Source: a virus | Lineage: Duplodnaviria > Caudoviricetes | Strand: one strand, 5' to 3' | DNA length: 52,701 nucleotides | Virus record (IMG/VR): IMGVR_UViG_3300042465_005662 | Location: 1-52,701 of that record | Part shown: positions 15,923 to 25,281 of the stretch, one piece after another | Position numbering within the stretch: the stretch's first letter is position 1 | Layout: every line of letters begins with the position of its first letter | Made by a program: the position numbers and the translations under genes | Notes under the pieces: generated by a model | Seen by the model: only the letters and a program-made list of their open reading frames with translations | What the model was told of the DNA's origin: nothing | Databases searched by the model: none

Positions 15923-17451
15923 AATGGACTCCCTTCGGTGCGTTGGGTTTGTGTGTCGAACGGCGCTTCTTGTTTGCCGAAGCGCGGGATGCGCCAGCAG
16001 CGCACAGCGCGGCCCTTGAGGAACAGGCTGATGGGCTCGCCGCCGATGTCGCGCAGGCGCTGGGCCATCTTAGGCGCTGTCAGGGCTTTGAAGTTGTTGC
16101 GCAGCAGGTGCGCGTCCATGTCCTTCATGCGGAAGTAGGTCTTGCCCTCGTCCTCGTCTGTCCATGGTCGGCCCATGAGCATCTCTTCGCGGGCCAGGGC
16201 CTGTTGCATGTGGGTCGTGAATTCTTCCAACAGGTCCATGAACCGACCAATGACGCTGGTGTCTTCGGAGGCCACGGTGATCTGCTCGGTCTCCACCATC
16301 TCTTTGAGCAAAGCGTTGAGCAGGTTTTCCCAGTCAACCTTGCGCAGCGTAGGCGGCACGGTGTTGATCTTTTCGAGGCATGCCTTTTGGAAGGCCGCTT
16401 GGTTGTAAAGCATCTCTGTCTCGAGCTCTACACGCTTGCCATTGACGTCCAGGAACCACAGTGGTGGGTCGCTGGCGTACTTGGACAGGCTGGCTATCTG
16501 AGCCGCATCAGGGGCGTGAGCTCCGATTCCGAATTTGCGAGAACGGCACAGGCCTGAGTTGCAAAAACTGTTGAGAGGCGCGTCCTTGCATTTGTATTGA
16601 TAATCCTTTTTGCCCGCCTGTTTGATGATGAGTTGGACCTCATTGTTAGGTAGCGGGGGAGCAACGTACTTGAGGTTGTACTCGACCATCTTGTCTTCCC
16701 ATCCACCTGGGTGGGCACGTTTAAGATAGACACCAATGTTGAATAGGCCATTATTGCGGGTGCCTTCCGGAAAGCCCTGCGCACACAGTGCCTGTAGACA
16801 AGGCGGGCCATCTTTGATGGGGCTCTCCGCTTGCTTCGGTGGCTCTGGGAAATTAAGCGGCGTGTCCTGGACATTTGCAGCGTGGAGCTCATAAAACTCT
16901 TCAAGGGTCGCCGCAGAACCGTCGGCATTGAATGCATACCTTGTACCCGAATCCCCGCCAAAGTACGGAAGGTTGAGGAAGTTGCCGGTGTCTCCTCGGT
17001 CCACGAGGATCTCTGCTTGCTTGGGGAATATCTCCCGGCCTGCCTCGCCAAGGAGAGCAGCAGCGTTCTTGAGATACGTCTGGTAGTCACGAGCAGGCGC
17101 AGGCGTTTTTGTAAATAGGAATACATGTGCACCTCCTGATTTGCTGCGGCACACGACGAGCGGCAGCTTCAATTGATGAATTTTTTCAACCAAGCCTTTG
17201 TGGTCGAGCGGGTACTGATCAATATCGATGCAGCCCCAGATGCAAGTGTTGTCAGCACGAATTGGGATAATGCCCAGGGACGGGTCAACCCCCGCAAAAT
17301 GCTGGACCCATAAATCGTCAGTAGGTGGCTTGCGAACCACCGTAGCTTGTCCCGCCTGCTTACCATCGCCTCGCTCCGATTTAATTCTGTAGGTGCCATA
17401 AGCGATGTCGAGGCCGCTGAATATGGCTTTGAATCTGGTGATGTCGGTCAT
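15919..17451 (-). CDS. AEP-superfamily primase with PriCT-like / Cys-rich central domain
   Basis: IDID, RSKSGGAH, EIFPKQ, GNFLNLPY; then PPCL...EGTRNN...C...C...C; likely start MTDITRF. Confidence 0.8.
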   Translation of the reverse strand: MTDITRFKAIFSGLDIAYGTYRIKSERGDGKQAGQATVVRKPPTDDLWVQHFAGVDPSLGIIPIRADNTCIWGCIDIDQYPLDHKGLVEKIHQLKLPLVVCRSKSGGAHVFLFTKTPAPARDYQTYLKNAAALLGEAGREIFPKQAEILVDRGDTGNFLNLPYFGGDSGTRYAFNADGSAATLEEFYELHAANVQDTPLNFPEPPKQAESPIKDGPPCLQALCAQGFPEGTRNNGLFNIGVYLKRAHPGGWEDKMVEYNLKYVAPPLPNNEVQLIIKQAGKKDYQYKCKDAPLNSFCNSGLCRSRKFGIGAHAPDAAQIASLSKYASDPPLWFLDVNGKRVELETEMLYNQAAFQKACLEKINTVPPTLRKVDWENLLNALLKEMVETEQITVASEDTSVIGRFMDLLEEFTTHMQQALAREEMLMGRPWTDEDEGKTYFRMKDMDAHLLRNNFKALTAPKMAQRLRDIGGEPISLFLKGRAVRCWRIPRFGKQEAPFDTQTQRTEGSPF

Positions 17452-17470
17452 ACAACTCTCTATAGAAGGC

Positions 17471-17494
17471 GGGGCCGCTGCGAACAACGGCCCC
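17471..17494 (-). promoter_or_regulatory. GC hairpin between the SSB-like gene and primase (weak terminator, attenuator or stabiliser)
   Basis: GGGGCCG...CGGCCCC stem with only a short U tail. Confidence 0.45.
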
Positions 17495-17499
17495 TAAAC

Positions 17500-18276
17500 T
17501 CAAAATGGTGCAGCGTTCGAGCTTGCAGCGCCTTCAGCGTGCTCGTGCTTGACCTTGACGTCACCAGCATTGATCTGCTGTGCGAAAGACTTGGCAGCCG
17601 TATAGGCGTTCATGTCTTCAACAGGGCCGACCTTCTCCACTTCCCAACCAAACCACTTGCCCTTGTCATTCGACTCGGCCTGTGTCGTCAAGCGATACAG
17701 GTGGCTGTACATAGGAGGCGTGAACGGACCGTTCTTGCCCATCATCTTGGTGGACATCAACATGCTGTTCCACTTGCGTGACTTCTTCAGTTGTGTCGAC
17801 TTCATCGTGATCAACGCTGGCTCTGGGATGCCGCTGTCGTTGATGACCATCACGTAGTGGTTGGCCGTGTTCTCGATGTAGTTGCCGTTGTCCAGATAGT
17901 CCTTGCTGTCGCCCGGTTCGCGGTGCGTGCGCGTGAGGATATCGGACGTTGCGGGGTAGACAGCGATTGGAGCACCGCTGCCCGAGCCGCGTGGGGCCCA
18001 CTCGATGTACTGGCGAACGTAGGTCACGGGGATGACTATGATGCCTGCCTTGCCGTCATGCAGTTCACCTGTAACAGTGTTCATGATCATGCCGGGCAGA
18101 GCGCCGTCCACTTCACCCACTTCTGGGCTGGTGTTGGTCAACAGGCGCAGGAACGGGAGCGCAAAGTCTTCCTGGCCCATGCCGTCAAAGCCACTGTTGG
18201 CATCGTCTTCAAACACGTTGCCCAATGCAACTGCGTACTCTTTGTTCTCTGGAACTGCGACTTGATTCTTGCTCAT
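17500..18276 (-). CDS. putative single-stranded DNA-binding protein
   Basis: Position in the replication module, OB-like aromatic motifs (YIEW, SRKWN, NDKGKWFGW), flexible tail ending in PF. Confidence 0.6.
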   Translation of the reverse strand: MSKNQVAVPENKEYAVALGNVFEDDANSGFDGMGQEDFALPFLRLLTNTSPEVGEVDGALPGMIMNTVTGELHDGKAGIIVIPVTYVRQYIEWAPRGSGSGAPIAVYPATSDILTRTHREPGDSKDYLDNGNYIENTANHYVMVINDSGIPEPALITMKSTQLKKSRKWNSMLMSTKMMGKNGPFTPPMYSHLYRLTTQAESNDKGKWFGWEVEKVGPVEDMNAYTAAKSFAQQINAGDVKVKHEHAEGAASSNAAPF

Positions 18277-18288
18277 GATTGATTTCCT

Positions 18289-18846
18289 TTAGGCTGATTT
18301 AATGGTCGCTTTTTGGCCGATGAATACGCCAAAAAGGTCTGTCGGGAACGCGGTGCCGCGTTCCGTTTGCTCACGAACCCAGGCCTTGAGGGTCTGGGGT
18401 TCGATCTTCTGCGCTTGCTCCACAGGGTAGCTTTGCTCACGCAGCAGATTCAGTAGGCTCTCGCACAGTTGGTCTTCTCCTCGACCGAACCGCACGGAGA
18501 CCGTGTTTTTGATGATGTCGTCGTAGCCGTTGTCACGCAGCCATTCGTAGGCCTGGGCCCGGTTCTCTTCCTTAATGGAGGCAGAGTAGAAAGGCTTGAC
18601 AGTGATCTTGCTGCCGTCCGACATGGTGAATTCCTTCATGCCAAGCTCAGTTAGCATGTTGGGCAGTGTCTCTTCTTGCATTTTGCGCAGTTGCTCCGCG
18701 CGCTCTTTAAGAACAGACTCCATTTCTTCAATTTCTTTTTCCAGCATCTTGGCGCGCTTGGCCAATGCTGCAACAGAAGACAGGTCCTCATCCTTTACGG
18801 TGAGAGCGCCTGCGTCCTCTTCAAACATGGAATTTAAATTACTCAT
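18289..18846 (-). CDS. conserved replication-module protein (coiled coil + WLRDNG..DIIK...TLKAWVRE)
   Basis: AAAGGAG RBS before MSNLNSM; family motifs. Confidence 0.75.
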   Translation of the reverse strand: MSNLNSMFEEDAGALTVKDEDLSSVAALAKRAKMLEKEIEEMESVLKERAEQLRKMQEETLPNMLTELGMKEFTMSDGSKITVKPFYSASIKEENRAQAYEWLRDNGYDDIIKNTVSVRFGRGEDQLCESLLNLLREQSYPVEQAQKIEPQTLKAWVREQTERGTAFPTDLFGVFIGQKATIKSA

Positions 18847-19168
18847 CGATTTCTCCTTTCTGGGTGACGTCAATTCTGACAGGTAGATACAAGTGCTCGC
18901 GGCGATCCCACTTCAGCGCTGTGTAACGGCCATTGTTGAAAAATGCAGCAATCGAGCAGGCCAAGCCAATCGCTACGGGGTCCCCTGCCAAAAGCAGAAA
19001 GTCCTCGTCAGTGTAATTGCGCAGTTTATTACGCAATGTGCGGATCGTGGGTGCAGTGCTGAACGCAATCTGGTTGTATGTAGGCAGCAAGATCTTCATC
19101 TCACCAAACTTCATAGCAGGTGTCAAATTGTGATTTGGCATCTCTTGCACAACAAATACGGTTGTCAT
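18839..19168 (-). CDS. conserved phage protein (VFVVQE...LLLAGDP...LKWDR)
   Basis: AAAGGATAG RBS; first gene of the leftward replication operon. Confidence 0.8.
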   Translation of the reverse strand: MTTVFVVQEMPNHNLTPAMKFGEMKILLPTYNQIAFSTAPTIRTLRNKLRNYTDEDFLLLAGDPVAIGLACSIAAFFNNGRYTALKWDRREHLYLPVRIDVTQKGEIDE

Positions 19169-19199
19169 GTTTACGCTATCCTTTCTTTAAACGTGCATT

Positions 19200-19233
19200 T
19201 AGTGTACACTACTTTCCAGGTTGTCAACAACCT
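19200..19233. promoter_or_regulatory. divergent promoter region with two palindromes, candidate operators
   Basis: TAGTGTACACTA (19200-19211) and AGGTTGT-ca-ACAACCT (19218-19233); TTGACA on the minus strand. Confidence 0.45.
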
Positions 19234-19255
19234 TTTTTTAGAAAGACAGAAAGCA

Positions 19256-20710
19256 ATGGACTATTTTTTGAACAGCTACCCCTTCAAGAACCAACCGTTC
19301 ACCCATCAGGCCGCATTTCTGCAGCGTTTTTGGGAGGAGCCGGAGGTTGCGGTACTCGCAGAGATGGGCACTGGCAAGAGCTTTATGCTCATCAACAATG
19401 CTGCGATGCTCTATGACAAGGGCAGGATCAATGCGATGCTTATCGTAGCACCCAAGGGTGTGTATCGCAACTGGTACACCTCCGAAATACCCAAGCACAT
19501 GCCAGAGCACATCCCTCTGGCCATGGCCTGTTGGTCGCCGACCCCGCGTAAGGCCGAGAAGATAGAGATGGAGAAGATGCTGGCCAGCGTGGACAGCCTG
19601 AGGGTGCTGGTGATGAACATCGAGGCCTTCAGCACAGACAAGGGCATGCTGTTTGCACGCACGTTTTTGCGTGTAACCAACTCCTTCATGGCGATTGATG
19701 AAAGCACTACGATCAAGACGCCCGGGGCCAAGCGCACCAAGAGCATCATCAAGGTCGGCAAGGAAGCGAAGTACCGCCGCATCGCCACGGGCTCTCCTGT
19801 CACCAAGAGCCCTCTGGACCTGTACAGCCAGTGCGAGTTCCTGGGCAACGACTGCCTGGGTTACCACAGCTTCTACGCCTTCCAAGCCCGGTACGCGGTC
19901 CTCATTGAACGCAAAATGCCGACCCACACATTCAAACAGATCGTTGGCTACCGGCACTTGGATGAGCTGCAAAAGAAGCTCAACAAGTTTGCCTTCCGTG
20001 TGACCAAGGACGAGTGCTTGGACCTGCCTGACAAGGTGTTCGTGCGCCGCGAGATTGACCTCACGCCAGAGCAGAAGAAATACTACGAGCAGATGAAGCT
20101 CATGGCCCTGTCCATGATGGACGATGGCTCGATGATGACCACCAACAACGCGCTCACGCAGATCATGCGGCTGCAGCAGATTTGCTGTGGCCACGTGAAG
20201 CTGGACGATGGCAGGCAAGAGGACATCCCCAGCAATCGCGTCAACGAACTGCTGGCGCAGATCGAAGAGGTCGAGGGCAAGGTGATCATCTGGGCCAACT
20301 ACCGCCGCGACATTGAAAACATCAAGCTGGCGTTGCAGGAGAAGCACGGGATGACGTCGGTGGCCACGTACTTTGGCGACACAGAGGCCGAGGTCAGGCA
20401 AGAGATCGTGACCAACTTCCAGGACCCTCAGCATGATCTGCGGTTCTTCGTCGGCAACCCCCGCACCGGGGGCTACGGTCTCACGCTCACAGCAGCGCGC
20501 ACCGTGATCTATTACAGCAACAACTTTGACCTCGAGGTACGCTTGCAGTCCGAGGACCGCGCTCACCGCATCGGCCAGACCAACAAGGTAACCTACGTCG
20601 ACTTCATCAGCCCGGGGACCGTGGACGAGCACATCGTCAAGGCCCTGCGCAGCAAGATCAATATCGCCAACGCAGTGCTCGGAGAAGAGCTCAAGGAATG
20701 GATCAAGTAA
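19256..20710 (+). CDS. SNF2-family SF2 helicase
   Basis: EMGTGKS, IDES, TGSP, GGYGLTLT and QSEDRAHRIGQ motifs; likely start MDYFLNSY. Confidence 0.9.
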   Translation: MDYFLNSYPFKNQPFTHQAAFLQRFWEEPEVAVLAEMGTGKSFMLINNAAMLYDKGRINAMLIVAPKGVYRNWYTSEIPKHMPEHIPLAMACWSPTPRKAEKIEMEKMLASVDSLRVLVMNIEAFSTDKGMLFARTFLRVTNSFMAIDESTTIKTPGAKRTKSIIKVGKEAKYRRIATGSPVTKSPLDLYSQCEFLGNDCLGYHSFYAFQARYAVLIERKMPTHTFKQIVGYRHLDELQKKLNKFAFRVTKDECLDLPDKVFVRREIDLTPEQKKYYEQMKLMALSMMDDGSMMTTNNALTQIMRLQQICCGHVKLDDGRQEDIPSNRVNELLAQIEEVEGKVIIWANYRRDIENIKLALQEKHGMTSVATYFGDTEAEVRQEIVTNFQDPQHDLRFFVGNPRTGGYGLTLTAARTVIYYSNNFDLEVRLQSEDRAHRIGQTNKVTYVDFISPGTVDEHIVKALRSKINIANAVLGEELKEWIK

Positions 20711-21447
20711 TGCAGCTCGTCCCGATCAGAAACAAGTTCGTCTACCCCACGCTCAAGCGCCTGGACCTGCCCACGGGCCGCGTTTACAGCCTCGACGGCA
20801 ATCCTCCAGTGCCGAGCGTCACCACCATCCTGTCAAGCACCAAGGACAAGGCGCACTTGGACGAGTGGGCCAACAGGGTTGGCCAGGAGGAAGCGGAGCG
20901 CATCAAGAACGAAGCGGCCACCGTGGGCACACACATGCACAACTGCGTGGAGCGCCTGCTCTTGAACAGGCCCCTGGAGACGCCGCGCACGTGGCTACAG
21001 GTCAAGGGCTACCGCATGGGCTACACGCTGATCGAGAAGTTCTTTCCGTATGTCGACGAGGCGTGGGGCACGGAAATTCCTCTGATCTACCCGGGCCGCT
21101 ATGCGGGGACCTCGGATTTCATTGGTGTGTACAAGGGCAAGCCCTGCATTGTTGACTTCAAGCAAACCAACAAAATGAAGCGCCGCTCGTGGATCGAGGA
21201 CTACTTCATCCAGCTTGCTGCGTATGCTGTCGCACACAACCATCAGCACGGCACTGAGATCAACCAGGGTGTGATTCTGATGGTGGCGCAGGACGGAGAA
21301 GTGCAGGAATTTGTCTCCGTTGGCCGCGAGTTTGATGGCTACTGTGACCAGTGGTGGCGCAAGGTTGTGGCGCACGAGAAAAAGGGCCCAGACCTGAGCC
21401 TGGGCCAAAGTACCGTCGAGAGCGGAGAACCCCTGCCTGAGGCGTAG
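20698..21447 (+). CDS. PD-(D/E)XK exonuclease (MGME1 / Cas4-like fold)
   Basis: PSVTTIL, GT.MH, E..L...YAGTSD...IVDFKQ...Y..QL.AY; start may be 20710. Confidence 0.85.
   Translation: MDQVMQLVPIRNKFVYPTLKRLDLPTGRVYSLDGNPPVPSVTTILSSTKDKAHLDEWANRVGQEEAERIKNEAATVGTHMHNCVERLLLNRPLETPRTWLQVKGYRMGYTLIEKFFPYVDEAWGTEIPLIYPGRYAGTSDFIGVYKGKPCIVDFKQTNKMKRRSWIEDYFIQLAAYAVAHNHQHGTEINQGVILMVAQDGEVQEFVSVGREFDGYCDQWWRKVVAHEKKGPDLSLGQSTVESGEPLPEA
21379..21406 (-). terminator. intrinsic terminator for the leftward late operon, embedded in the 3' end of the exonuclease gene
   Basis: Minus strand GGCCCAGG-ctcagg-TCTGGGCC followed by cTTTTT. Confidence 0.6.
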
Positions 21448-21461
21448 ACGGCAACTGCAAT

Positions 21462-21629
21462 TTATTTCTTCTTGGCCGCGCGCATGTTGTCGACCAAGTT
21501 GGGATAAGGACGGCCAGCAGCTTTGGCGGCAGCTTTGGCAGACGATTTCTTTGCGGGGCTGAGCTTCTTAGGTGCGCCCAGGTCCTTGGGACGAGCTTTG
21601 TCCCACACGGGTTTCTTTGAGGTAGCCAT
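21462..21629 (-). CDS. small Lys/Ala-rich basic protein, 55 aa (MATSKKPVWDK...GRPYPNLVDNMRAAKKK)
   Basis: ATG at 21629 directly after the upstream stop; PYPNLVDNM motif familiar from related phages. Confidence 0.7.
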   Translation of the reverse strand: MATSKKPVWDKARPKDLGAPKKLSPAKKSSAKAAAKAAGRPYPNLVDNMRAAKKK

Positions 21630-21632
21630 GGC

Positions 21633-21866
21633 TTAGTTGCACCCACGCTTAGCGATGCCCTTGCCCTTCATGGCCATGCCACCAGAAGCCATCTTGCCCT
21701 TGCCATCGGCTGCAAAGGCAGGCACTTTCTTGCCGTCCTTCATGGCCATAGGCATGCCACCCTTGGCCAGCTTGGTGGGAGTTGCGCCCTTGTGCAGGCG
21801 ACCCTCGTGTTTGTTGACAGCCTTTTGCATCATGGCTTTGTCTTTTTTCACGTCGGCGTGTTTCAT
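21633..21866 (-). CDS. small basic protein with two AxGG motifs, 77 aa
   Basis: AAAGGAG RBS before MKHADVKK. Confidence 0.75.
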   Translation of the reverse strand: MKHADVKKDKAMMQKAVNKHEGRLHKGATPTKLAKGGMPMAMKDGKKVPAFAADGKGKMASGGMAMKGKGIAKRGCN

Positions 21867-21876
21867 GGGAGCTCCT

Positions 21877-24800
21877 TTAAGGTTGGGGGCGTTGGCCAAG
21901 TTGTTGCTGACGCTGCTGCAGCATTTGGCTGATTGGGTCATTTGGGAACAGCGTAGGGTACATCAGGTTTGATGACTGAGCAGGCGCGGGAGCCGCGGGC
22001 GGCGGACCCATGCGCAGGTTTGGCATGCCACGTGTCTGCGGTGCTGGAGGCAGCTGGCGCAGCATTGATGCTGCGCTCTCGCGAACAGGGGGCTGCGCAG
22101 CTGCTGTGCCGTCTTCCCGGGCCAAGTCAGACGCTTCGAGGGCCGTGATCCGGGCAGGGCCAGGGACGTACGTCGTTGGGGAGATGCCGATGTTTTGCAG
22201 CATGCCTGCCAGCTTCTTGGCTTCCGCAGGGGTGCCCACCTTAGTGATGGACTTGGCGAACTCTGGGTCCTCCAAAGCCTTGGTGAAGATGCGCTGATAC
22301 AGCTGGTCTTCGATACTGCCTGTCAGGCGCAGCATGATGGCCAGTGCACCAGTGCTTGGGTTGATACGGCCCACGGCTGCTTCACGCATGGTGGTCGTCA
22401 GGAACTGGATGCCGGAGCCAAACAGCTTTTTCATCGACTGATCCAGCGAATCAAACGCAGGAATCTGTCCAGTGACGTCAGCAAAAGCATTGACCCGACG
22501 CTGCAGGTCAGCAAGCGTCTTGAGGTCGTTCAAGTGCGCAGTGTTCTTGAACAGCACGCCCAACGACTTCTCGTTGTTCTTGAGGAACGACTCCAGTGCA
22601 CCACCGCCCTGTGCGCCACCTGTGGCCAAGTCCCAGACCTGACGGCGCAGGGCAGCCAGACTCTCGGGGTCTTTGCCTACTTGGTCCACCAGCACACGCA
22701 TAGTGCCTGGATCGCGCAGCGCGGTAGTCAGAATTTGCTGTGGATCGGCATCGGGGCGGCTGGCCCTGGCCAGCAAGCTGTCGAGCTCGTTGTTGGTAGC
22801 GTCCACACGGCGGCGATCGATCTCGCCCATCCGCTTAGCAAAGTCATCGGCGTTGGCCACTTCGTCGCGCAGGCGCTGCTGTATGGGCGCGGGCAGATTC
22901 TCAACAATGTTCTTGTTGTTGTCCAAGATGCTTTTGATCTTCTTGGGGTCCACCAAGCCATCCTGGCCGACAGCACCCTTGGATCGCAGCCAGTCGATTG
23001 AGCCCTTGGTGAGCAGGTCCTCTGCGGCAGGGTTGTTGCCCAAGGTAACGCTGAGCTGGCGCAAGTTGTCCGCTGTCTTGAACGCAGTGCGCATCAGGTC
23101 TTCGTTGGGCAGCAGGAACTCACGGCCCCCGGCCTTTTGCGAAGTCATGAGCAGCGGCAGGCGCTTCTCGTAGCCAGCGTTGTAGTCGTCCAGCGCCATC
23201 TTCATGGCGTCGTATTCCTGACTGACCTTGGGCACCGATCCGAGAACAAGGTCCTCGATGTCTTTGTACCCGGCATTGCCGCGATCGAGCTTGAGCTGCG
23301 CGTCCGCGACCCGCGTTCCGCGGCCCGACATCATGGAGCTGTTGAACGAGTTGACTGCGTCGTGGCGCGCGCGTTGACCAGCGGCCAGCAAGTCCAGTGC
23401 TTCGGGGACGTTGATATCGATGTTCGTGCCTTCGCGGGCAATCATCTCGGCATCAAGCCTGATCTGCTCAGGGTTGACGTAGATTGGGCGGCCAGGGATA
23501 CCGGTGGCCACAGCCACCTCGCCTTTGGTGCCGCCTTTGCCTGTGATACCTGCGGCCTTTTGCAGGGTCATCTGGCGAGCCAGTTCATCTGCAGCCTTCT
23601 TGCCCTTGGTGCCGGAAGGCGCGATCAGGGCGCGCACGTTGGCCACGGTCTGCTCACGCAGTGCTTCGTCTAAGGGGTAGCCAGACAGCTGCTCGTTCAC
23701 GCGCTGGTTGATCAGGGATTCGGTGGCCTGCTTCAGTGCCTCTTGGCGTGCCCGGTCAGTGGCCTGCACCATGTTCTGCAGCATCTTGATCGGCTCAGGC
23801 ATGGGCCCACCCTTGGCTCCCGTTGCGCGGGCCGGGGTGTACTTGGCAACCAGTGCACGGGCAGCCTCTTCGATGTCGTAGGCAGGGTACTGGGGCAGAG
23901 ATTTCCCTGCGTCGGGGCCCTCGCGGAAGCGGGTGTCGGCCAGCGTGCCATCAGGGTTGGTTGCGCGCTTCATGCCGAGGCGAGACAGAACCTTCTGGCG
24001 CATGCCAAAGTCGGCTTCCATGTCGGCCATGAGCACGCCGCGCAGCTCGTTGTTGAGCATGTCGAGGTTCTGTGGGCCGAGGCGCTCGGACAGCGCAGCA
24101 ACTTCCGCGTCACTCACGTCTTTCTTCTGGCGCAGCAGGCCTTCAAAGAAGTTCTGGCGCTCCTGCTGAGCGGCCATGAATGCTTCTTCAATCGGCTGGC
24201 GGGCCTCAGGAGAGAACGAATCAAACAGCGTGGACAAGCGCTTCTGGTTTTCGTTGATGCGGGCCTTGACGGATTCCAGCTCTTTGGGGCCCAGTTGCTC
24301 CAACAACTCCGCCTTACGGCTGAGCAGGGGGCTGTACATGGTGCGCTCGGACACATCGAACATAAAGCCTGCGTCCGCGATCCGTGGATCGGCCAGCGCG
24401 GCCTCCAACTGACGAAGAGCCTGCTGAGCTTCGGGGCTCTCATTGATGGGGCCGAACACCTGTGCCAGCTTGCCTTCGGCGCGCTTAACCAAGACGTTGG
24501 GGATGATGTTGATCAGGGGCAGACGGTAGCCCTTGGGCAAAGAAGCGATGGCTTCCTTTTCGACTTGGCCTAGACCGCCCTGTGCGCCCTTGATCTTGTC
24601 CATGGTCCAGCCAGCAGCTTTGACGCTGGGCAGGCTTGCAGCAGCCAAGGGCAGGCCCATAAAAGCGGCGGCGGGCAGGAGGTCTTTATACAAGTCCTTG
24701 TATGGGTTGGACTCGTCCATGTTCTCTTCGACGGCCTGACGCAGGCCCTCGTATCCCGCACCAAAAGCAATGTCGGTGGCCGCAGCAGCCATGGGGCTTT

Positions 24801-25281
24801 TCTGCGCGTACTGCACAGCGCTGTTGGCGATCGACTTGAGCACACCTGCACCGGGCTCAGCAGCCTTGACCATGGGAGCAGTCCGGGCAGCGTAGGCCAA
24901 GATACCTGTAAATGGCAGCGTGCCGCCAACACCTTCGCCCACGGCACGGGCATAGCGCTCTGTTGCGTTGACAGGCGTGCGCTCGCCTCTGTTGAAGAAC
25001 TTGGCCAACGTGGCCACTTGGTCCTCTTGCATGCCCAGGCCCTGGCCAATCTTCTTGGCTGCGAAGTCAGGCAGAGCAAACAGAGCGCTGTTGAATCCCC
25101 AGGAGAAGTTGTTGATCAGGCCTTGCGCTGTCTTGCCGTCAGGGGCAGGCATATCGGGGCCCGTGGCCCGCGGATCGACAGACATGGGCGCTGCCTGTGC
25201 AGGAGCGCCCTCTGCCCTGCCGACAACCTCACCGGTTGCCATGTCAATGACTTCTCCACGGGTATTGGTCAGCGTAGGCAT
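21877..25281 (-). CDS. large internal virion / DNA ejection protein, 1134 aa
   Basis: Large helical ORF in the podophage ejection-protein position. Confidence 0.7.
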   Translation of the reverse strand: MPTLTNTRGEVIDMATGEVVGRAEGAPAQAAPMSVDPRATGPDMPAPDGKTAQGLINNFSWGFNSALFALPDFAAKKIGQGLGMQEDQVATLAKFFNRGERTPVNATERYARAVGEGVGGTLPFTGILAYAARTAPMVKAAEPGAGVLKSIANSAVQYAQKSPMAAAATDIAFGAGYEGLRQAVEENMDESNPYKDLYKDLLPAAAFMGLPLAAASLPSVKAAGWTMDKIKGAQGGLGQVEKEAIASLPKGYRLPLINIIPNVLVKRAEGKLAQVFGPINESPEAQQALRQLEAALADPRIADAGFMFDVSERTMYSPLLSRKAELLEQLGPKELESVKARINENQKRLSTLFDSFSPEARQPIEEAFMAAQQERQNFFEGLLRQKKDVSDAEVAALSERLGPQNLDMLNNELRGVLMADMEADFGMRQKVLSRLGMKRATNPDGTLADTRFREGPDAGKSLPQYPAYDIEEAARALVAKYTPARATGAKGGPMPEPIKMLQNMVQATDRARQEALKQATESLINQRVNEQLSGYPLDEALREQTVANVRALIAPSGTKGKKAADELARQMTLQKAAGITGKGGTKGEVAVATGIPGRPIYVNPEQIRLDAEMIAREGTNIDINVPEALDLLAAGQRARHDAVNSFNSSMMSGRGTRVADAQLKLDRGNAGYKDIEDLVLGSVPKVSQEYDAMKMALDDYNAGYEKRLPLLMTSQKAGGREFLLPNEDLMRTAFKTADNLRQLSVTLGNNPAAEDLLTKGSIDWLRSKGAVGQDGLVDPKKIKSILDNNKNIVENLPAPIQQRLRDEVANADDFAKRMGEIDRRRVDATNNELDSLLARASRPDADPQQILTTALRDPGTMRVLVDQVGKDPESLAALRRQVWDLATGGAQGGGALESFLKNNEKSLGVLFKNTAHLNDLKTLADLQRRVNAFADVTGQIPAFDSLDQSMKKLFGSGIQFLTTTMREAAVGRINPSTGALAIMLRLTGSIEDQLYQRIFTKALEDPEFAKSITKVGTPAEAKKLAGMLQNIGISPTTYVPGPARITALEASDLAREDGTAAAQPPVRESAASMLRQLPPAPQTRGMPNLRMGPPPAAPAPAQSSNLMYPTLFPNDPISQMLQQRQQQLGQRPQP

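Noticed and set aside
18893-19255. N-terminal extension of the SNF2 ORF given in the track (605 aa)
   Set aside because: Overlaps the opposite-strand gene and the divergent promoter gap; ATG at 19256 is the plausible start
19238-20632. 464-aa minus-strand ORF opposite the SNF2 helicase
   Set aside because: Shadow ORF expected from high GC3; the plus strand has all helicase motifs
20698-21447. Cas4-like nuclease as evidence of a CRISPR system
   Set aside because: No repeat-spacer array or other cas genes; solo PD-(D/E)XK exonucleases are routine in phage replication modules
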